A DNA stretch of 31,167 bases from a virus (IMGVR_UViG_3300040985_000793:1-31167); one strand, 5' to 3'; positions 7,761-17,659 are shown, counted from the first letter of the stretch. The notes: generated from the sequence alone by a model not told the origin. Numbers and translations: made by a program.

Positions 7761-8032
7761 GACATATTAAATTATTAGGATTAAAAGCTAAGGACAAAGT
7801 TACAGGTTTTGGGGGAGTAATAACAACACTGAGTTTTGACTTGTATGGTTGCGTTCAAGTTGTGATCACTCCAAAGGCAATTACAAGCACAGGCAAGATG
7901 GAACATGGTCAATGGGTTGATATTACAAGGCTTGAATTGAAAAGCAAAAAGCCTGTGATGGAAATTCCTAACTTTGAAAAGGGATACATTGCAGATGGTA
8001 AAAAAGGTTGTGCGGAAAAACCAGCACTGTAA
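7757..8032 (+). CDS. conserved hypothetical phage protein
   Basis: LGLKAKDKVTGF.G.....FDLYGC.Q...P...W.D..RL motif; ATGA-coupled start at 7757. Confidence 0.75.
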   Translation: MRHIKLLGLKAKDKVTGFGGVITTLSFDLYGCVQVVITPKAITSTGKMEHGQWVDITRLELKSKKPVMEIPNFEKGYIADGKKGCAEKPAL

Positions 8033-8044
8033 GAACTTAATAAA

Positions 8045-8326
8045 ATGGCAAAAGGCGAATTAAAAAACAGGATAAATAACATACTTGAGAAGTTGGTATA
8101 TTTTGCGCTGATCGGGTTGGCAGTATTTGTATTTAAAATAAATGCAAAGGTCAACACTATTGACGGCAATGCAAAGAAAATAGAGGCTCTTGAGCAGCGA
8201 CATACACAAGACAAGAACATACTGCACCAGAAAATATCAAAGGAAACCGATAAAATAACCGAATTACAACAGGCGGTGTCATCATGCAAAACCGCTATAA
8301 CCTTTTTGACAAAGGAACATCCATGA
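8045..8326 (+). CDS. N-anchored membrane coiled-coil protein (i-spanin-like candidate)
   Basis: One N-terminal TM (LVYFALIGLAVFVF) followed by a coiled coil with a Cys near the C-terminus. Confidence 0.5.
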   Translation: MAKGELKNRINNILEKLVYFALIGLAVFVFKINAKVNTIDGNAKKIEALEQRHTQDKNILHQKISKETDKITELQQAVSSCKTAITFLTKEHP

Positions 8327-8544
8327 AGAAACTCTTATTAGGTATGGGATTAATTGCAATCGTTTCAATGTCCGGTTGTTTGCCAGTGATTGTGGCAGGG
8401 GTAGGCGCAGTCGGTACTGTTGCAGCAGGGCGGTATAAGTACAAAGGGGATATTAAAAAGGCCGAGGCAATGATTGAGTTTAGGGATACCGTAGTCGATG
8501 AACTGGACAATATTAACAAACGTATTGACGAGGAAGGGTTTTGA
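8323..8544 (+). CDS. lipoprotein (o-spanin-like or exclusion-type candidate)
   Basis: MKKLLLGMGLIAIVSMSG-C lipoprotein signal, then a Gly/Ala/Val-rich segment; AAGGA RBS, ATGA overlap. Confidence 0.65.
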   Translation: MKKLLLGMGLIAIVSMSGCLPVIVAGVGAVGTVAAGRYKYKGDIKKAEAMIEFRDTVVDELDNINKRIDEEGF

Positions 8545-8586
8545 GAGTTTATAGAATTATAAAAAAAGGTTTAAAATGGTTGTATT

Positions 8587-8615
8587 TTGACAGTAAAAAA
8601 GAGGTTGTATGTTAT
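8587..8615 (+). promoter_or_regulatory. putative promoter upstream of the methylase/packaging operon
   Basis: Perfect TTGACA at 8587-92 with weak -10 candidates (TATGTT/TGTTAT) in a 140-bp AT-rich gap. Confidence 0.4.
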
Positions 8616-8684
8616 GTAAATTGTTTTAATCTTGCGAAAAATTGGTATTTATCACAATAAATATGATAAAACGGGGAACTGTAA

Positions 8685-8798
8685 ATGGGTGATGTGCCAC
8701 CATTGCACATGGTTATAATCGGGCTGTTCTCAGTGGGTGGCTCGTTGTTAATAAGCTGGATATTATTCGGGAAGGATGAAGAAAAGTGGAAAGACTGA
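8685..8798 (+). CDS. small membrane peptide, 37 aa (MGDVPPLHMVIIGLFSVGGSLLISWILFGKDEEKWKD)
   Basis: Read manually; GGGGA RBS; one TM helix; overlaps the methylase start. Confidence 0.5.
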   Translation: MGDVPPLHMVIIGLFSVGGSLLISWILFGKDEEKWKD

Positions 8799-10006
8799 AA
8801 TGGCATACAGAAACGAGAACGATTGAACAGCTTGTGCCGTATGACAAGAATCCAAGAAGGTTGTCTGATAAGCAATATGAAGATTTAAAAGCCTCATTGA
8901 CGAAGTTCAGCCTTGCAGAAATACCCGTTATTGATGCTGACGGGGTTATCATCGCTGGACACATGCGTTTGAAGGTACTGGCCGAAATAGAAACGCCTCA
9001 TTTCGAGGTTGATGTTCGTGTTCCAAACCGGAAACTTACTGAGAAAGAGTTCCAAGAATATAACATCAGATCGAATAAAAACACAGGCGAGTTCGATTTC
9101 GATATTCTTGCAAATGAGTTTGACGTTGATGACCTGCTGGATTGGGGATTCGAGGCAGAGGAATTGCTTGGGTTTGAGGATGAAGAAACACCGACAGGCG
9201 ATGACGATGCAACACCAGACCCGCCAGCCGTTCCAAGAAGCCAATTGGGGGATTTATACGAGCTTGGCAATCATCGTGTGTTGTGTGGGGATAGTACCGA
9301 TAAAGAGATTGTCGCGGTGCTGATGGATGGGGACAAGGCGAATATGGTGTTTACTGACCCGCCTTATGGGGTTGATTATTCAAATGCGGAAAGACCAAAC
9401 CCGTCAAAGATTGATCTTGGAAAGATTAAAAATGATAATATTGATTTGTCCGAGTTCTTGCCATGTATATTTGGGAATTTATATTCATTTTCTGTTGAAG
9501 ATTGCGCTTTCTATATTTGGCATGCTGATAAAACAGCACATATTTTTTATAAAAGCGTTGAAGAATCAGGGATTGAATTTAATCAAATGTTGATATGGAA
9601 AAAGCCAATGTTGCTTGGTCGGGGAAAATATCAATACGCACATGAGCCGTGTATATTTGGAATAAAAGGAAGCCCGTTTCATACAAACGACAGAACGAAA
9701 ACAACCGTGTGGGATTTTGGGGGATACGACAAGTCAGGTAATGTCCATCCAACCCAAAAACCAGTATTCATTCCAGAGGAAGCAATAAATAATTCATGCA
9801 AAAAAGACTCAACTCACAAGCGAGGTGGCATTGTCCTTGACCTATTCCTCGGCTCAGGCTCAACCTTAATCGCTTGCGAAAAGACAAAGCGCAGGTGTTA
9901 CGGCATGGAATTAGACCCTCAATATGTTGATGTAATTGTGCAGAGGTATGTGGAGTATACAGGAAATAATAAGATTAAATTGAATGGAGGATCAATCGAA
10001 TGGTGA
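8786..10006 (+). CDS. ParB/Srx N-terminal domain fused to an N6-adenine/N4-cytosine DNA methyltransferase
   Basis: NPR...IIAGHMRL ParB domain; HRVLCGDST, FTDPPY, HPTQKP and VLDLFLGSGSTLIACEK motifs; typical position upstream of terminase. Confidence 0.95.
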   Translation: MERLKWHTETRTIEQLVPYDKNPRRLSDKQYEDLKASLTKFSLAEIPVIDADGVIIAGHMRLKVLAEIETPHFEVDVRVPNRKLTEKEFQEYNIRSNKNTGEFDFDILANEFDVDDLLDWGFEAEELLGFEDEETPTGDDDATPDPPAVPRSQLGDLYELGNHRVLCGDSTDKEIVAVLMDGDKANMVFTDPPYGVDYSNAERPNPSKIDLGKIKNDNIDLSEFLPCIFGNLYSFSVEDCAFYIWHADKTAHIFYKSVEESGIEFNQMLIWKKPMLLGRGKYQYAHEPCIFGIKGSPFHTNDRTKTTVWDFGGYDKSGNVHPTQKPVFIPEEAINNSCKKDSTHKRGGIVLDLFLGSGSTLIACEKTKRRCYGMELDPQYVDVIVQRYVEYTGNNKIKLNGGSIEW

Positions 10007-10167
10007 TTGACTCAATACTTCAACCGAAGGTGTTTAACTATATAATCATGGGGTTGTATTGTGTGAATTCATTCTGGTGGTTGTATCATGGCAAGTATGC
10101 AGATTGTTGTTATTGGCTATCAGCATTGGCAATTACAAGCACTGTTACATTCGGTTATAATAGATAA
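10000..10167 (+). CDS. small membrane protein, 55 aa (MVIDSILQPKVFNYIIMGLY...)
   Basis: Read manually; GGAGG RBS; two hydrophobic segments. Confidence 0.55.
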   Translation: MVIDSILQPKVFNYIIMGLYCVNSFWWLYHGKYADCCYWLSALAITSTVTFGYNR

Positions 10168-10191
10168 AAACAACTTAAATAACTTAATAAA

Positions 10192-10551
10192 ATGGCCGTT
10201 ACAATAAAACAAATCAAACAGGCGTTGAAATCAAGTTTTAATAAGCCAGTATATGCGGCTGAAAAACTTGGCATTACATATAATGCGTTATATGATAGAG
10301 TTCAGAAATCAAAGGACTTGCAGCGATACCGTGAGGAATTAGATGAACGTAATCTGGACTTCACCGAGATAGCATTGATGAAGGGAATCAAGAAGGGTGA
10401 TTCTCAGCTTATAAAATATCATTTGAATACAAAAGGCAGAAAGAGGGGATACGGTGAAAAGACAGAGGTTGAATTGTCCGGAGAGGTCAAAGGCAATTCA
10501 CCACAGTATCACGTAAACTTCACATCAAATCCCAAGAACGATGGTGACTAA
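10192..10551 (+). CDS. terS: terminase small subunit (putative)
   Basis: HTH-like AAEKLGITYNALY, KGRKRGYGEK.EVELSG motif; directly upstream of and overlapping terL. Confidence 0.8.
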   Translation: MAVTIKQIKQALKSSFNKPVYAAEKLGITYNALYDRVQKSKDLQRYREELDERNLDFTEIALMKGIKKGDSQLIKYHLNTKGRKRGYGEKTEVELSGEVKGNSPQYHVNFTSNPKNDGD

Positions 10552-11746
10552 GACAGTTGACTTTTACATGCCTGATAAGGCGGTTGAAATTATCGGGTCA
10601 GATAAGCGTGAGAAGGTTCTTGAGGGTGGTCGGGGTTCAGGTAAGTCATATAGTTTTGCTGATGCGCTGGTTGTTCGTGCTGCACGTGAAGAACTCCGGA
10701 TACTATGCACAAGGGAAACACAGAAGTCTATCAAGGATTCAGTGCATAAACTACTGTCTGACAGAATAAGCGCACTTGGCCTTGATGGTTATTTTGATAT
10801 AAAAAAAGATACAATACGATCAAGCACGGGTTCAGAGTTTATATTTAAGGGCCTGCGCCATAATATCACTGAGATAAAGTCAACAGAGGGCATTGATATA
10901 TGCTGGGTTGAGGAAGCTGAGAAGGTCACGGCTGATTCATGGGATGTATTAATCCCCACTATAAGGAAAGAAGGTTCTGAAATATGGGTGTCATTCAATC
11001 AGGAGTCAAAAGATTCGGCAACACGGTCAAGATTTATTGAGAATCCGTCACCGTTTTGTATATCGGCTCACATGACGTACCGAGACAACAAGTATTTTCC
11101 TGATGTGTTACGGCAGGAAATGGAATATGACAGAGTAAACGATCCGGAAAAATACGAGTGGGTTTGGGAAGGTGGCCTTAAAAAGTACCATGATGCAGTT
11201 ATTTTTACAAAGGTCTTTGAGGAAGAATTTGAAACGCCAGAGGGAGTGGACATATTATTTGGTTGTGATTTGGGTTTTGCCAATGATCCTCTTGCCCTTG
11301 TGCGTGGTTTTATTATCAATCGTGATTTGTTCATTGATTACGAGTTTTATGCAGTTGGTGTTGAGAACACTGAACTTCATGCAGCGTTCAATACAATTCC
11401 TAATATTCGGGAAGGTAGGATAAGGGCAGACTGTTCAAGACCGGAAACGATTAGCTATCTACGAGGCAACGGCGGCAGGAACGGTGATATTGAGGGGTTT
11501 GATGTTATCGGTGAAGGTAAGCTGAAAATTGAAGAAGGTATTCAATATCTAAAAGGGTTTGAGCGTATTGTTATACATCCGAGGTGTAAAGGAACGCTTG
11601 ATGATTTTAAAAATTATAGATGGAAGCAGGATAGATTGACAAAGGAAATTTTACCAGTGCCAGTGGATAAGTCAAACCATTCTCCGGATGCTGTCCGGTA
11701 TATGTTGAGGCCACTGATTAGCGTGAAAAAATGGGGGGCTGGGTAA
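10541..11746 (+). CDS. terL: terminase large subunit, PBSX/SPP1-like family
   Basis: Walker A GGRGSGKS, Walker B ICWVEEA, nuclease GCDLGFANDP and NHSPDAVRY. Confidence 0.97.
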   Translation: MVTKTVDFYMPDKAVEIIGSDKREKVLEGGRGSGKSYSFADALVVRAAREELRILCTRETQKSIKDSVHKLLSDRISALGLDGYFDIKKDTIRSSTGSEFIFKGLRHNITEIKSTEGIDICWVEEAEKVTADSWDVLIPTIRKEGSEIWVSFNQESKDSATRSRFIENPSPFCISAHMTYRDNKYFPDVLRQEMEYDRVNDPEKYEWVWEGGLKKYHDAVIFTKVFEEEFETPEGVDILFGCDLGFANDPLALVRGFIINRDLFIDYEFYAVGVENTELHAAFNTIPNIREGRIRADCSRPETISYLRGNGGRNGDIEGFDVIGEGKLKIEEGIQYLKGFERIVIHPRCKGTLDDFKNYRWKQDRLTKEILPVPVDKSNHSPDAVRYMLRPLISVKKWGAG

Positions 11747-11922
11747 TGCCTAAAAAAAAGATGTGCAGACAGCGTGGAAAGCAACAAATACACTTATTCC
11801 ATAACGAGAAGCCATTCGATTGGCAGCAATGTTATTGCAAACGGTTTAGATATGCAGAACTGAAACAGATTGCAACGGATAATTTGATAAAAGAAAAGGG
11901 CGAGAGCATTGAAAGCGTGTAA
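11746..11922 (+). CDS. hypothetical protein
   Basis: TAATG overlap with the terL stop; C/H...CYC pattern. Confidence 0.5.
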   Translation: MPKKKMCRQRGKQQIHLFHNEKPFDWQQCYCKRFRYAELKQIATDNLIKEKGESIESV

Positions 11923-12106
11923 CGGGTATACATCTGTCAAATTGTATGAGGGGCAACCATTCGCATTTGCATGTGATCTGTCAGAAACTTATATAAATGA
12001 TCAAGATTGGAACACGATGATTGACATTAGTTGTCAATGTGGAAAGAGGCACAAATTACATCGAGACATATTGACACTTAGAACGGGGGAATATCTTGGG
12101 AGTTAA
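11909..12106 (+). CDS. hypothetical Cys-containing protein
   Basis: TTG start; CQCGKRH; fills the gap before portal. Confidence 0.45.
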   Translation: MKACNGYTSVKLYEGQPFAFACDLSETYINDQDWNTMIDISCQCGKRHKLHRDILTLRTGEYLGS

Positions 12107-13328
12107 GAACTTTCTGAAAAAAGCAATGAATACGCTGGTGCAGGGTAACGCACAGCATCCGGAGGCCAGTTGGTATGCGCTTGACTTGCCACGCACGAAC
12201 TTTGATTATGCAAGCGAAGTGGGAACGGGGCTGAAATCTAATGTTATCATGTCACCGATTAACTGGATTATGCGGACATTTCCCGAAGCAGAGTTGATAT
12301 TAAAAAGAAAACTCAAAGACGGTGGCACTGATCAGTTGTTCGAACATGCCTTTCTGGACATAATGGAAACGCCGAATGAGGCTTATGGCTACGAGGAACT
12401 GATTGCAGCCGTGACGTTATCACACAACATTGCTGGTAATGCGTATATACTCAAGGTTCGTAACGGTGTTGGAATGGTCATTGCGTTGTGGTACTTACCT
12501 CACTGGATGGTGCAGCCTTGTGGCACAGAGGGCAGCACCTCGGTCTATATCAGCCATTATGTATATAATCCTAATGGGATTCAATACCGAATTAATATCG
12601 AGGACATCATTCATATCCGTAATGGTATTGATCCGGAAAACACACGTGTGGGGCTTAGTCCATTGGCCTCGGTAATCCGTGAAGTGTTCACCGATGATGA
12701 AGCAAGTAATTATTCAGCCACTATGCTTAGAAATATGGGTGTTGTAGGTGCGGTTATATCACCGAAGGAAAATGTAAATCTTGGCCCGAAGGAAATAATT
12801 GAGATAAAAGAAAAATTCAAGAAATCATTCACGGGTGATAATAGAGGCGATCCGCTTGTTATGACAGGGCCAACGCAGATTGACACGCTTGACCTTGACC
12901 CGTCAAAGATGGGGCTTGCTGAGACAAGGAACATATCAGAGGAACGTGTCACGGCTTGTCTGGGTATCCCTGCGGCAGTTGTAGGTTTTGGCACGGGCTT
13001 ACAGTCCACAAAAGTGGGTGCAACAATGTCTGCCATGATTAAGCTGGCATGGACTGGAAACATAATCCCAACACAGAGAAAAGTAGCAAAAGCGTTACAG
13101 CGTCAATTGCTTGTAGATTTTGAGCTTGACAAAACACTGCTGGTCTGCTATGACAATTCAAATGTGGCAGCAATGCAGGAGGATAAAGACGCACGTGTTA
13201 AGCGTTTGAGCGATGGTGTCACAAAGGGATGGGCGAAGGTTTCAGACGCAAGAGCAGCGGAGGGGCTGGCCGTTGAAGATTCTGACAAGGTTTATTTGAG
13301 GCCGTTGAGTATTGTTGAGGCTGAATAG
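12096..13328 (+). CDS. portal protein (HK97-like family)
   Basis: GNAYI, IIHIR...GLSPL, GIPAAVVG motifs; position after terminase. Confidence 0.93.
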   Translation: MGVKNFLKKAMNTLVQGNAQHPEASWYALDLPRTNFDYASEVGTGLKSNVIMSPINWIMRTFPEAELILKRKLKDGGTDQLFEHAFLDIMETPNEAYGYEELIAAVTLSHNIAGNAYILKVRNGVGMVIALWYLPHWMVQPCGTEGSTSVYISHYVYNPNGIQYRINIEDIIHIRNGIDPENTRVGLSPLASVIREVFTDDEASNYSATMLRNMGVVGAVISPKENVNLGPKEIIEIKEKFKKSFTGDNRGDPLVMTGPTQIDTLDLDPSKMGLAETRNISEERVTACLGIPAAVVGFGTGLQSTKVGATMSAMIKLAWTGNIIPTQRKVAKALQRQLLVDFELDKTLLVCYDNSNVAAMQEDKDARVKRLSDGVTKGWAKVSDARAAEGLAVEDSDKVYLRPLSIVEAE

Positions 13329-13330
13329 AC

Positions 13331-14143
13331 ATGGCGATTACTTTAACAGAAGAAATTGCAATCAGGTCTGCGCCTAAAAAGAGGCCATCACGCAAGCAGG
13401 TTAAGTTTGCAAGGCAGCTTGATACCGATATTTTAAAATATTCAAAGCAGTTTGCACGGGATTTGGTTGAGGTTCTTGATGATTTTGGCAGAGAGTTGGA
13501 ACGTGCGACACTTGAGGTAATAGATACAGAGAAGAATATTGGCGAGGATTCAGTTCACGCTGGTCTGATCGTTGAGGAACTTGATATTGCTGGGTTTGAA
13601 GTCAGTATGGCTCAAGTATACGAAAAGAATTATAAACGCATTATGAGGGCAACCGAGGCAAGATCAAAAGCAACGCTTGACCTTTCAATATCAATAGTAG
13701 ATGATACAGAGGCCCAGATACTTTCAAGCATTACAGATCGCATCGGGTTAATGGACATTGAGAAAACTACCAAGCGTAAAATCTTTGAGCAGCTTGGTGA
13801 AGGTCGGCTTGACGGTGAAAGTGTTCCACAGTTGGCCCGTAGAATACGAGAGTTTGTGCCATCCGGTAGATTTAAAAAAGCATCAACAAGGGCAAAGTTA
13901 ATAGCACGAACCGAGGCAACACACGCACAAAAGATGTCTGCGGCAGCCTCATACAGTGCAAATGGCGTTCAAGAAGTAATGATAATGGATAACCGACTTG
14001 GTGAAGCGGATATGGAAACCGATCCGGAATGCATTTTGCTAGTTGGTAAAGTGGTCAGCATTGAAGAAGGTGTTGCTTTAATGGATGAAGAACATCCAAA
14101 CGGAACGAGGCGCATGGTAGCAATGCCACCGCCAGTGGAATAA
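13331..14143 (+). CDS. head morphogenesis protein (MuF/SPP1 gp7-like)
   Basis: RAKLIARTE and HPNGTR (variant of HPNCRC) motifs; follows portal. Confidence 0.85.
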   Translation: MAITLTEEIAIRSAPKKRPSRKQVKFARQLDTDILKYSKQFARDLVEVLDDFGRELERATLEVIDTEKNIGEDSVHAGLIVEELDIAGFEVSMAQVYEKNYKRIMRATEARSKATLDLSISIVDDTEAQILSSITDRIGLMDIEKTTKRKIFEQLGEGRLDGESVPQLARRIREFVPSGRFKKASTRAKLIARTEATHAQKMSAAASYSANGVQEVMIMDNRLGEADMETDPECILLVGKVVSIEEGVALMDEEHPNGTRRMVAMPPPVE

Positions 14144-14149
14144 ATACAC

Positions 14150-14347
14150 ATGAAAGAACACAAAGATTGGATACAAATTGGAATTGCTTGTTATGTTGCA
14201 GGGATAATTGCATATCTTGTCGTTACAAAGACGGGAACGGCAGAGGGAATGATTAAACCGGACATTGTATATACATTTTTTACAGGTGTATTTGCAACCA
14301 AGATTGTTGATTTCGCTTACAAAGCAATCACTAAAAACAAACCATGA
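14150..14347 (+). CDS. small two-TM membrane protein (holin-like)
   Basis: Two hydrophobic helices and a basic C-terminus; 65 aa. Confidence 0.5.
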   Translation: MKEHKDWIQIGIACYVAGIIAYLVVTKTGTAEGMIKPDIVYTFFTGVFATKIVDFAYKAITKNKP

Positions 14348-14469
14348 ATATAATTTTTCCTATATTTGCATTCATTGCAGTATGTGTATGCGGTGTGATA
14401 CATGCGCATAATGCTATAAAAGAACACGAAAATAATATGGATTATATTAATAAAATTAATCGGGGGTAG
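14344..14469 (+). CDS. small membrane peptide, 41 aa (MNIIFPIFAFIAVCVCGVIHAH...)
   Basis: Read manually; ATGA overlap with the upstream ORF; ends just before the protease. Confidence 0.4.
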   Translation: MNIIFPIFAFIAVCVCGVIHAHNAIKEHENNMDYINKINRG

Positions 14470-14473
14470 TTAT

Positions 14474-15232
14474 ATGGATGTCAAATCGTTTAACGTGAAA
14501 CTGGAAACAGATGTAAAGGCATTGTCAAAGGGCGAGGGCCGTGCGGTAATTGCTGAATTTAACAAGGTGGATCATGATGGCGATGTGACTCTTGCAGGGG
14601 CTTTTGGGAAGCAGCATGTAAATATACTACCTGCACATGATAGGTCTGCGCCACGATTAGGCAAGGCCATATTGACTGAGGCTGGTGAGAGGGCTATTGC
14701 AGAGTTTAAATTTAACCTTGATGCTGATGCAAAGACCGCCAAAGAATGGCATTCAGCACTCAAGTTTGACATGGAGAATGGTGAACCATTACAAGAATGG
14801 TCTTATGGATTCAAGATAATAGATTCATCATTCGGTGAGTTTGAAGGAAAACAGGTCAGGTTTTTGAAGCAGCTTGACGTTATTGAAATTAGTCCGGTGC
14901 TACGAGGTGCAGGAACAAGCACAGGGACACTGGCAATTAAAAGCAAAGGCATGACATACACAGACCAGATGAAACAGGCCACCGCATCCCTTGATGATGT
15001 AAAGGCTTTTATTGAGCGTTCTCAGTCCCTTGCCGACTTGAAAGCGAAAGACGGAAACTCTTTATCAGAAGAACAACTAAAAACATTGGTTATGTTCTCA
15101 ACTTCTCTTGATGAAGTTGCAGCAAAATACATGGATTTGGTAAGTCAGCTGACGAAGGGTGCAACGGATGTTGATGAAGTGCATGAATTATTGGCACGAT
15201 GTCAACGTACTGAAATTAGAACACGGGTATAA
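14474..15232 (+). CDS. HK97-type prohead maturation protease
   Basis: DHDGDV...GAF, catalytic H (PAHD), WSYGF and EISPVLRGA motifs; helical C-terminal extension. Confidence 0.92.
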   Translation: MDVKSFNVKLETDVKALSKGEGRAVIAEFNKVDHDGDVTLAGAFGKQHVNILPAHDRSAPRLGKAILTEAGERAIAEFKFNLDADAKTAKEWHSALKFDMENGEPLQEWSYGFKIIDSSFGEFEGKQVRFLKQLDVIEISPVLRGAGTSTGTLAIKSKGMTYTDQMKQATASLDDVKAFIERSQSLADLKAKDGNSLSEEQLKTLVMFSTSLDEVAAKYMDLVSQLTKGATDVDEVHELLARCQRTEIRTRV

Positions 15233-15264
15233 AACCTATATTATTAATCTATAAGGGGAGCGTA

Positions 15265-16542
15265 ATGAAAGAACTATTAGAAGCGCAAGCAAAACTTGCA
15301 GCAAAACAGAAGAATATGAAGGGTATCTGGGATGAAGCTGGTGCAGATACAGATTTATCACTTGTTAAATCAAACGGTTTTCCTGAGTTGGGTGATACAA
15401 AATCCAGAGTCAAGAGAATCAGCGAACTTGATGCAGAAGTCAATGACCTGTTTGACGATGTAAAGGCATTACAGGAAGTGGCAGCATCAAAGAAATCCAC
15501 AGCAGACCGTGAAAAAATGCTCAATAGTGCAGTTGCGTCTGTTGTTCATCCACAGGGTAATGATGGTGCTGCGGTTGCTAAGGCTGGTCAGGTTATCGTT
15601 CCTAAATCATTGGGTGCGCAGTTTATCGAATCAAAGGCGTATCAAAACAGGTTTGGCAAAGAAGAAGCCATCATCGGCCTTGAAACTAATCCGGAAAATG
15701 TAAAGACAATATTCAGCACAACTGCTGGTTGGAGTCCTGAGTCAACACGCACAGGAAGATTAGTATTGGATGCACAGAGGCAGCCAGTTGTTACTGATCT
15801 TTTGAGAACGTCAAACACTAATCAGAATGCAGTTGTATACATGGAAGAAACAACTTTTACCAATGCTGCGGCAGAGGCAACAGAAGGTGCGGCAGCAGCA
15901 GAAGCGGCCCTTGTTTATACTGAACAATCCGTGTCAGTTGTAAAGATTGCCGTGTTTATTCCTGTTACAGAAGAAATGCTTGAAGATGAAATGAGAATTG
16001 CATCTTTAATTGATGGCCGTTTGAGGTTCATGATGGCACAGAGATTGAGCTTGCAGATTCTTACAGGTGACGGTGTTGCGCCTAATCTTGAAGGTATATT
16101 GAATAAATCCGGTATTCTAACACAGGCGAAAGGTGCTGACGAAATTGAAGCGGCTATCTATAAAGCCATGACACAGGTGAGGGTAACTGGTCAGGAAATA
16201 CCAGATGCATACGTTACGCATCCTAATGACTGGCAGCAGATCAGGTTGAGGACTACATCAGACGGTATATATATCTGGGGTTCTCCGAGTGAAACAGGTA
16301 CGCCAAGAATATGGGGTTTGCCAGTTATACAGGAGCAGGCACAGACAGAAAATACAGGTCTTGTTGGTTCATTCGCAAACCCTGCAAATGTTGAGCTTGT
16401 GCATCGTTCTGGTGTTGCAGTCAAGATGTCAGACAGCCATGATGATTACTTTACAAAAGGTAAAATGGCAATCAAAGCAACACAGAGAGTGGCAATGCCA
16501 ATTGGCAAGATAACTGCTTTCTGCACAGTAACAGGCATATAA
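15265..16542 (+). CDS. major capsid protein, HK97 fold
   Basis: N-terminal coiled-coil delta domain; KIAVFIPVTEEMLED, ILTGDG..PNLEGILN, HPNDW and IWGLPV motifs. Confidence 0.96.
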   Translation: MKELLEAQAKLAAKQKNMKGIWDEAGADTDLSLVKSNGFPELGDTKSRVKRISELDAEVNDLFDDVKALQEVAASKKSTADREKMLNSAVASVVHPQGNDGAAVAKAGQVIVPKSLGAQFIESKAYQNRFGKEEAIIGLETNPENVKTIFSTTAGWSPESTRTGRLVLDAQRQPVVTDLLRTSNTNQNAVVYMEETTFTNAAAEATEGAAAAEAALVYTEQSVSVVKIAVFIPVTEEMLEDEMRIASLIDGRLRFMMAQRLSLQILTGDGVAPNLEGILNKSGILTQAKGADEIEAAIYKAMTQVRVTGQEIPDAYVTHPNDWQQIRLRTTSDGIYIWGSPSETGTPRIWGLPVIQEQAQTENTGLVGSFANPANVELVHRSGVAVKMSDSHDDYFTKGKMAIKATQRVAMPIGKITAFCTVTGI

Positions 16543-16572
16543 GCAATATTAATATTGTTTAGATAATTCTAT

Positions 16573-16612
16573 TTGTTCCCGTTCCGAGAGGTTCGGGAAC
16601 AACTTTTCTTCT
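16573..16612 (+). terminator. rho-independent terminator/attenuator after the capsid gene
   Basis: TTGTTCCCG...CGGGAACAA inverted repeat (16573-16602) followed by CTTTTCTTCTT. Confidence 0.7.
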
Positions 16613-16635
16613 TCATTCAATCGGGAGGTGTTCAG

Positions 16636-17592
16636 ATGTTAAGATTTTTCAAACGTAATGCAGGGCCAGTGATAGCATTGTTCCTTGTATTAGTAATGTG
16701 TGCAGGGGCGTATGCTGGGCGCAGACAGATATGGAGGGCGGTCAAGATTGGATATGCTGCAACGTCAGCAGGTTCAATTCTGTCAGCCGTTACTGATACT
16801 GGATCGACTCAAACAATCACGACAGGCATCAATAAGCTGGTAAGGCATAGCAGGATTACAGCAACCGCAGGAGGTACAGCAGGAGATATTGCAGCAGCTT
16901 CCGTTCAGTTGATTGGTACTGATCCAAATGGAACTGCTATTTCAGAAACATTGCCAGCGTTCACAGTCAATACTACTGGAAGTGTAACATCTGTAAAAGT
17001 CTACAAGACAGTGACAAGCGTTCATATACCTGCACATGATGGCACTGGTGCAACTACAAGCATTGAGCAGGCTGGTGGGCCAAATGCAGGGACAACAGAA
17101 ACTGTTATTGCAGCGGTGACAGATACAGGCGCACAGCAGACAGTGACAACGGGAACTTCTATCAATCATTTGGATGTGCCGAGAAACATAACAGCATCAG
17201 CACACGGTACAGCAGGAGATATTGCAGCAGTGTCAGTTATTGTTGCAGGTACTAATGTCGAAGATAAAGCTATTTCAGAGACATTGTCAGCGTTCACGGT
17301 GAACACGCAAGGTGTTGTTACTGGTGCAAAGGTATTTAAGACAGTGACAAGTGTAACAATGCCTGCACATGATGGCACTGGTGCAACCACTTCCATTGGG
17401 ACAGGTGACGTTCTTGGAATTGGGTACAGGTTGAAGCGTAACACAACTAGAAATGCTTATCTTGCTGAAACGGTAGAAGGTACATCGCCTACTATTACAA
17501 TTGATGCGGATGACATTGAGAGCAATGGCGCAGATTTGAACAGTGCGCTTGATAGCACGCAGGTGATTCTTGAATTTATGGAAACACCTTAA
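16636..17592 (+). CDS. Thr/Ala/Gly-rich decoration-like protein with signal peptide and internal duplication
   Basis: GGGAGG RBS before ATG 16636; MLRFFKRNAGPVIALFLVLVMCAGAYA signal; two ~111-aa repeats (GTAGDIAA...ISETL.AFTVNT.G.VT..KV.KTVTSV..PAHDGTGATTSI). Confidence 0.8.
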   Translation: MLRFFKRNAGPVIALFLVLVMCAGAYAGRRQIWRAVKIGYAATSAGSILSAVTDTGSTQTITTGINKLVRHSRITATAGGTAGDIAAASVQLIGTDPNGTAISETLPAFTVNTTGSVTSVKVYKTVTSVHIPAHDGTGATTSIEQAGGPNAGTTETVIAAVTDTGAQQTVTTGTSINHLDVPRNITASAHGTAGDIAAVSVIVAGTNVEDKAISETLSAFTVNTQGVVTGAKVFKTVTSVTMPAHDGTGATTSIGTGDVLGIGYRLKRNTTRNAYLAETVEGTSPTITIDADDIESNGADLNSALDSTQVILEFMETP

Positions 17593-17605
17593 TTGATTTA
17601 TTTCT

Positions 17606-17646
17606 TGTGGCTCAGATGGTTCAATCCATCTGGGTCATGGGTTTTT
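17606..17646 (+). terminator. stem-loop, possible terminator
   Basis: GGCTCAGATGG-TTCAAT-CCATCTGGGTC hairpin with G-U pairs, followed by GTTTTT. Confidence 0.55.
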
Positions 17647-17659
17647 AATGGGAGAAAGA

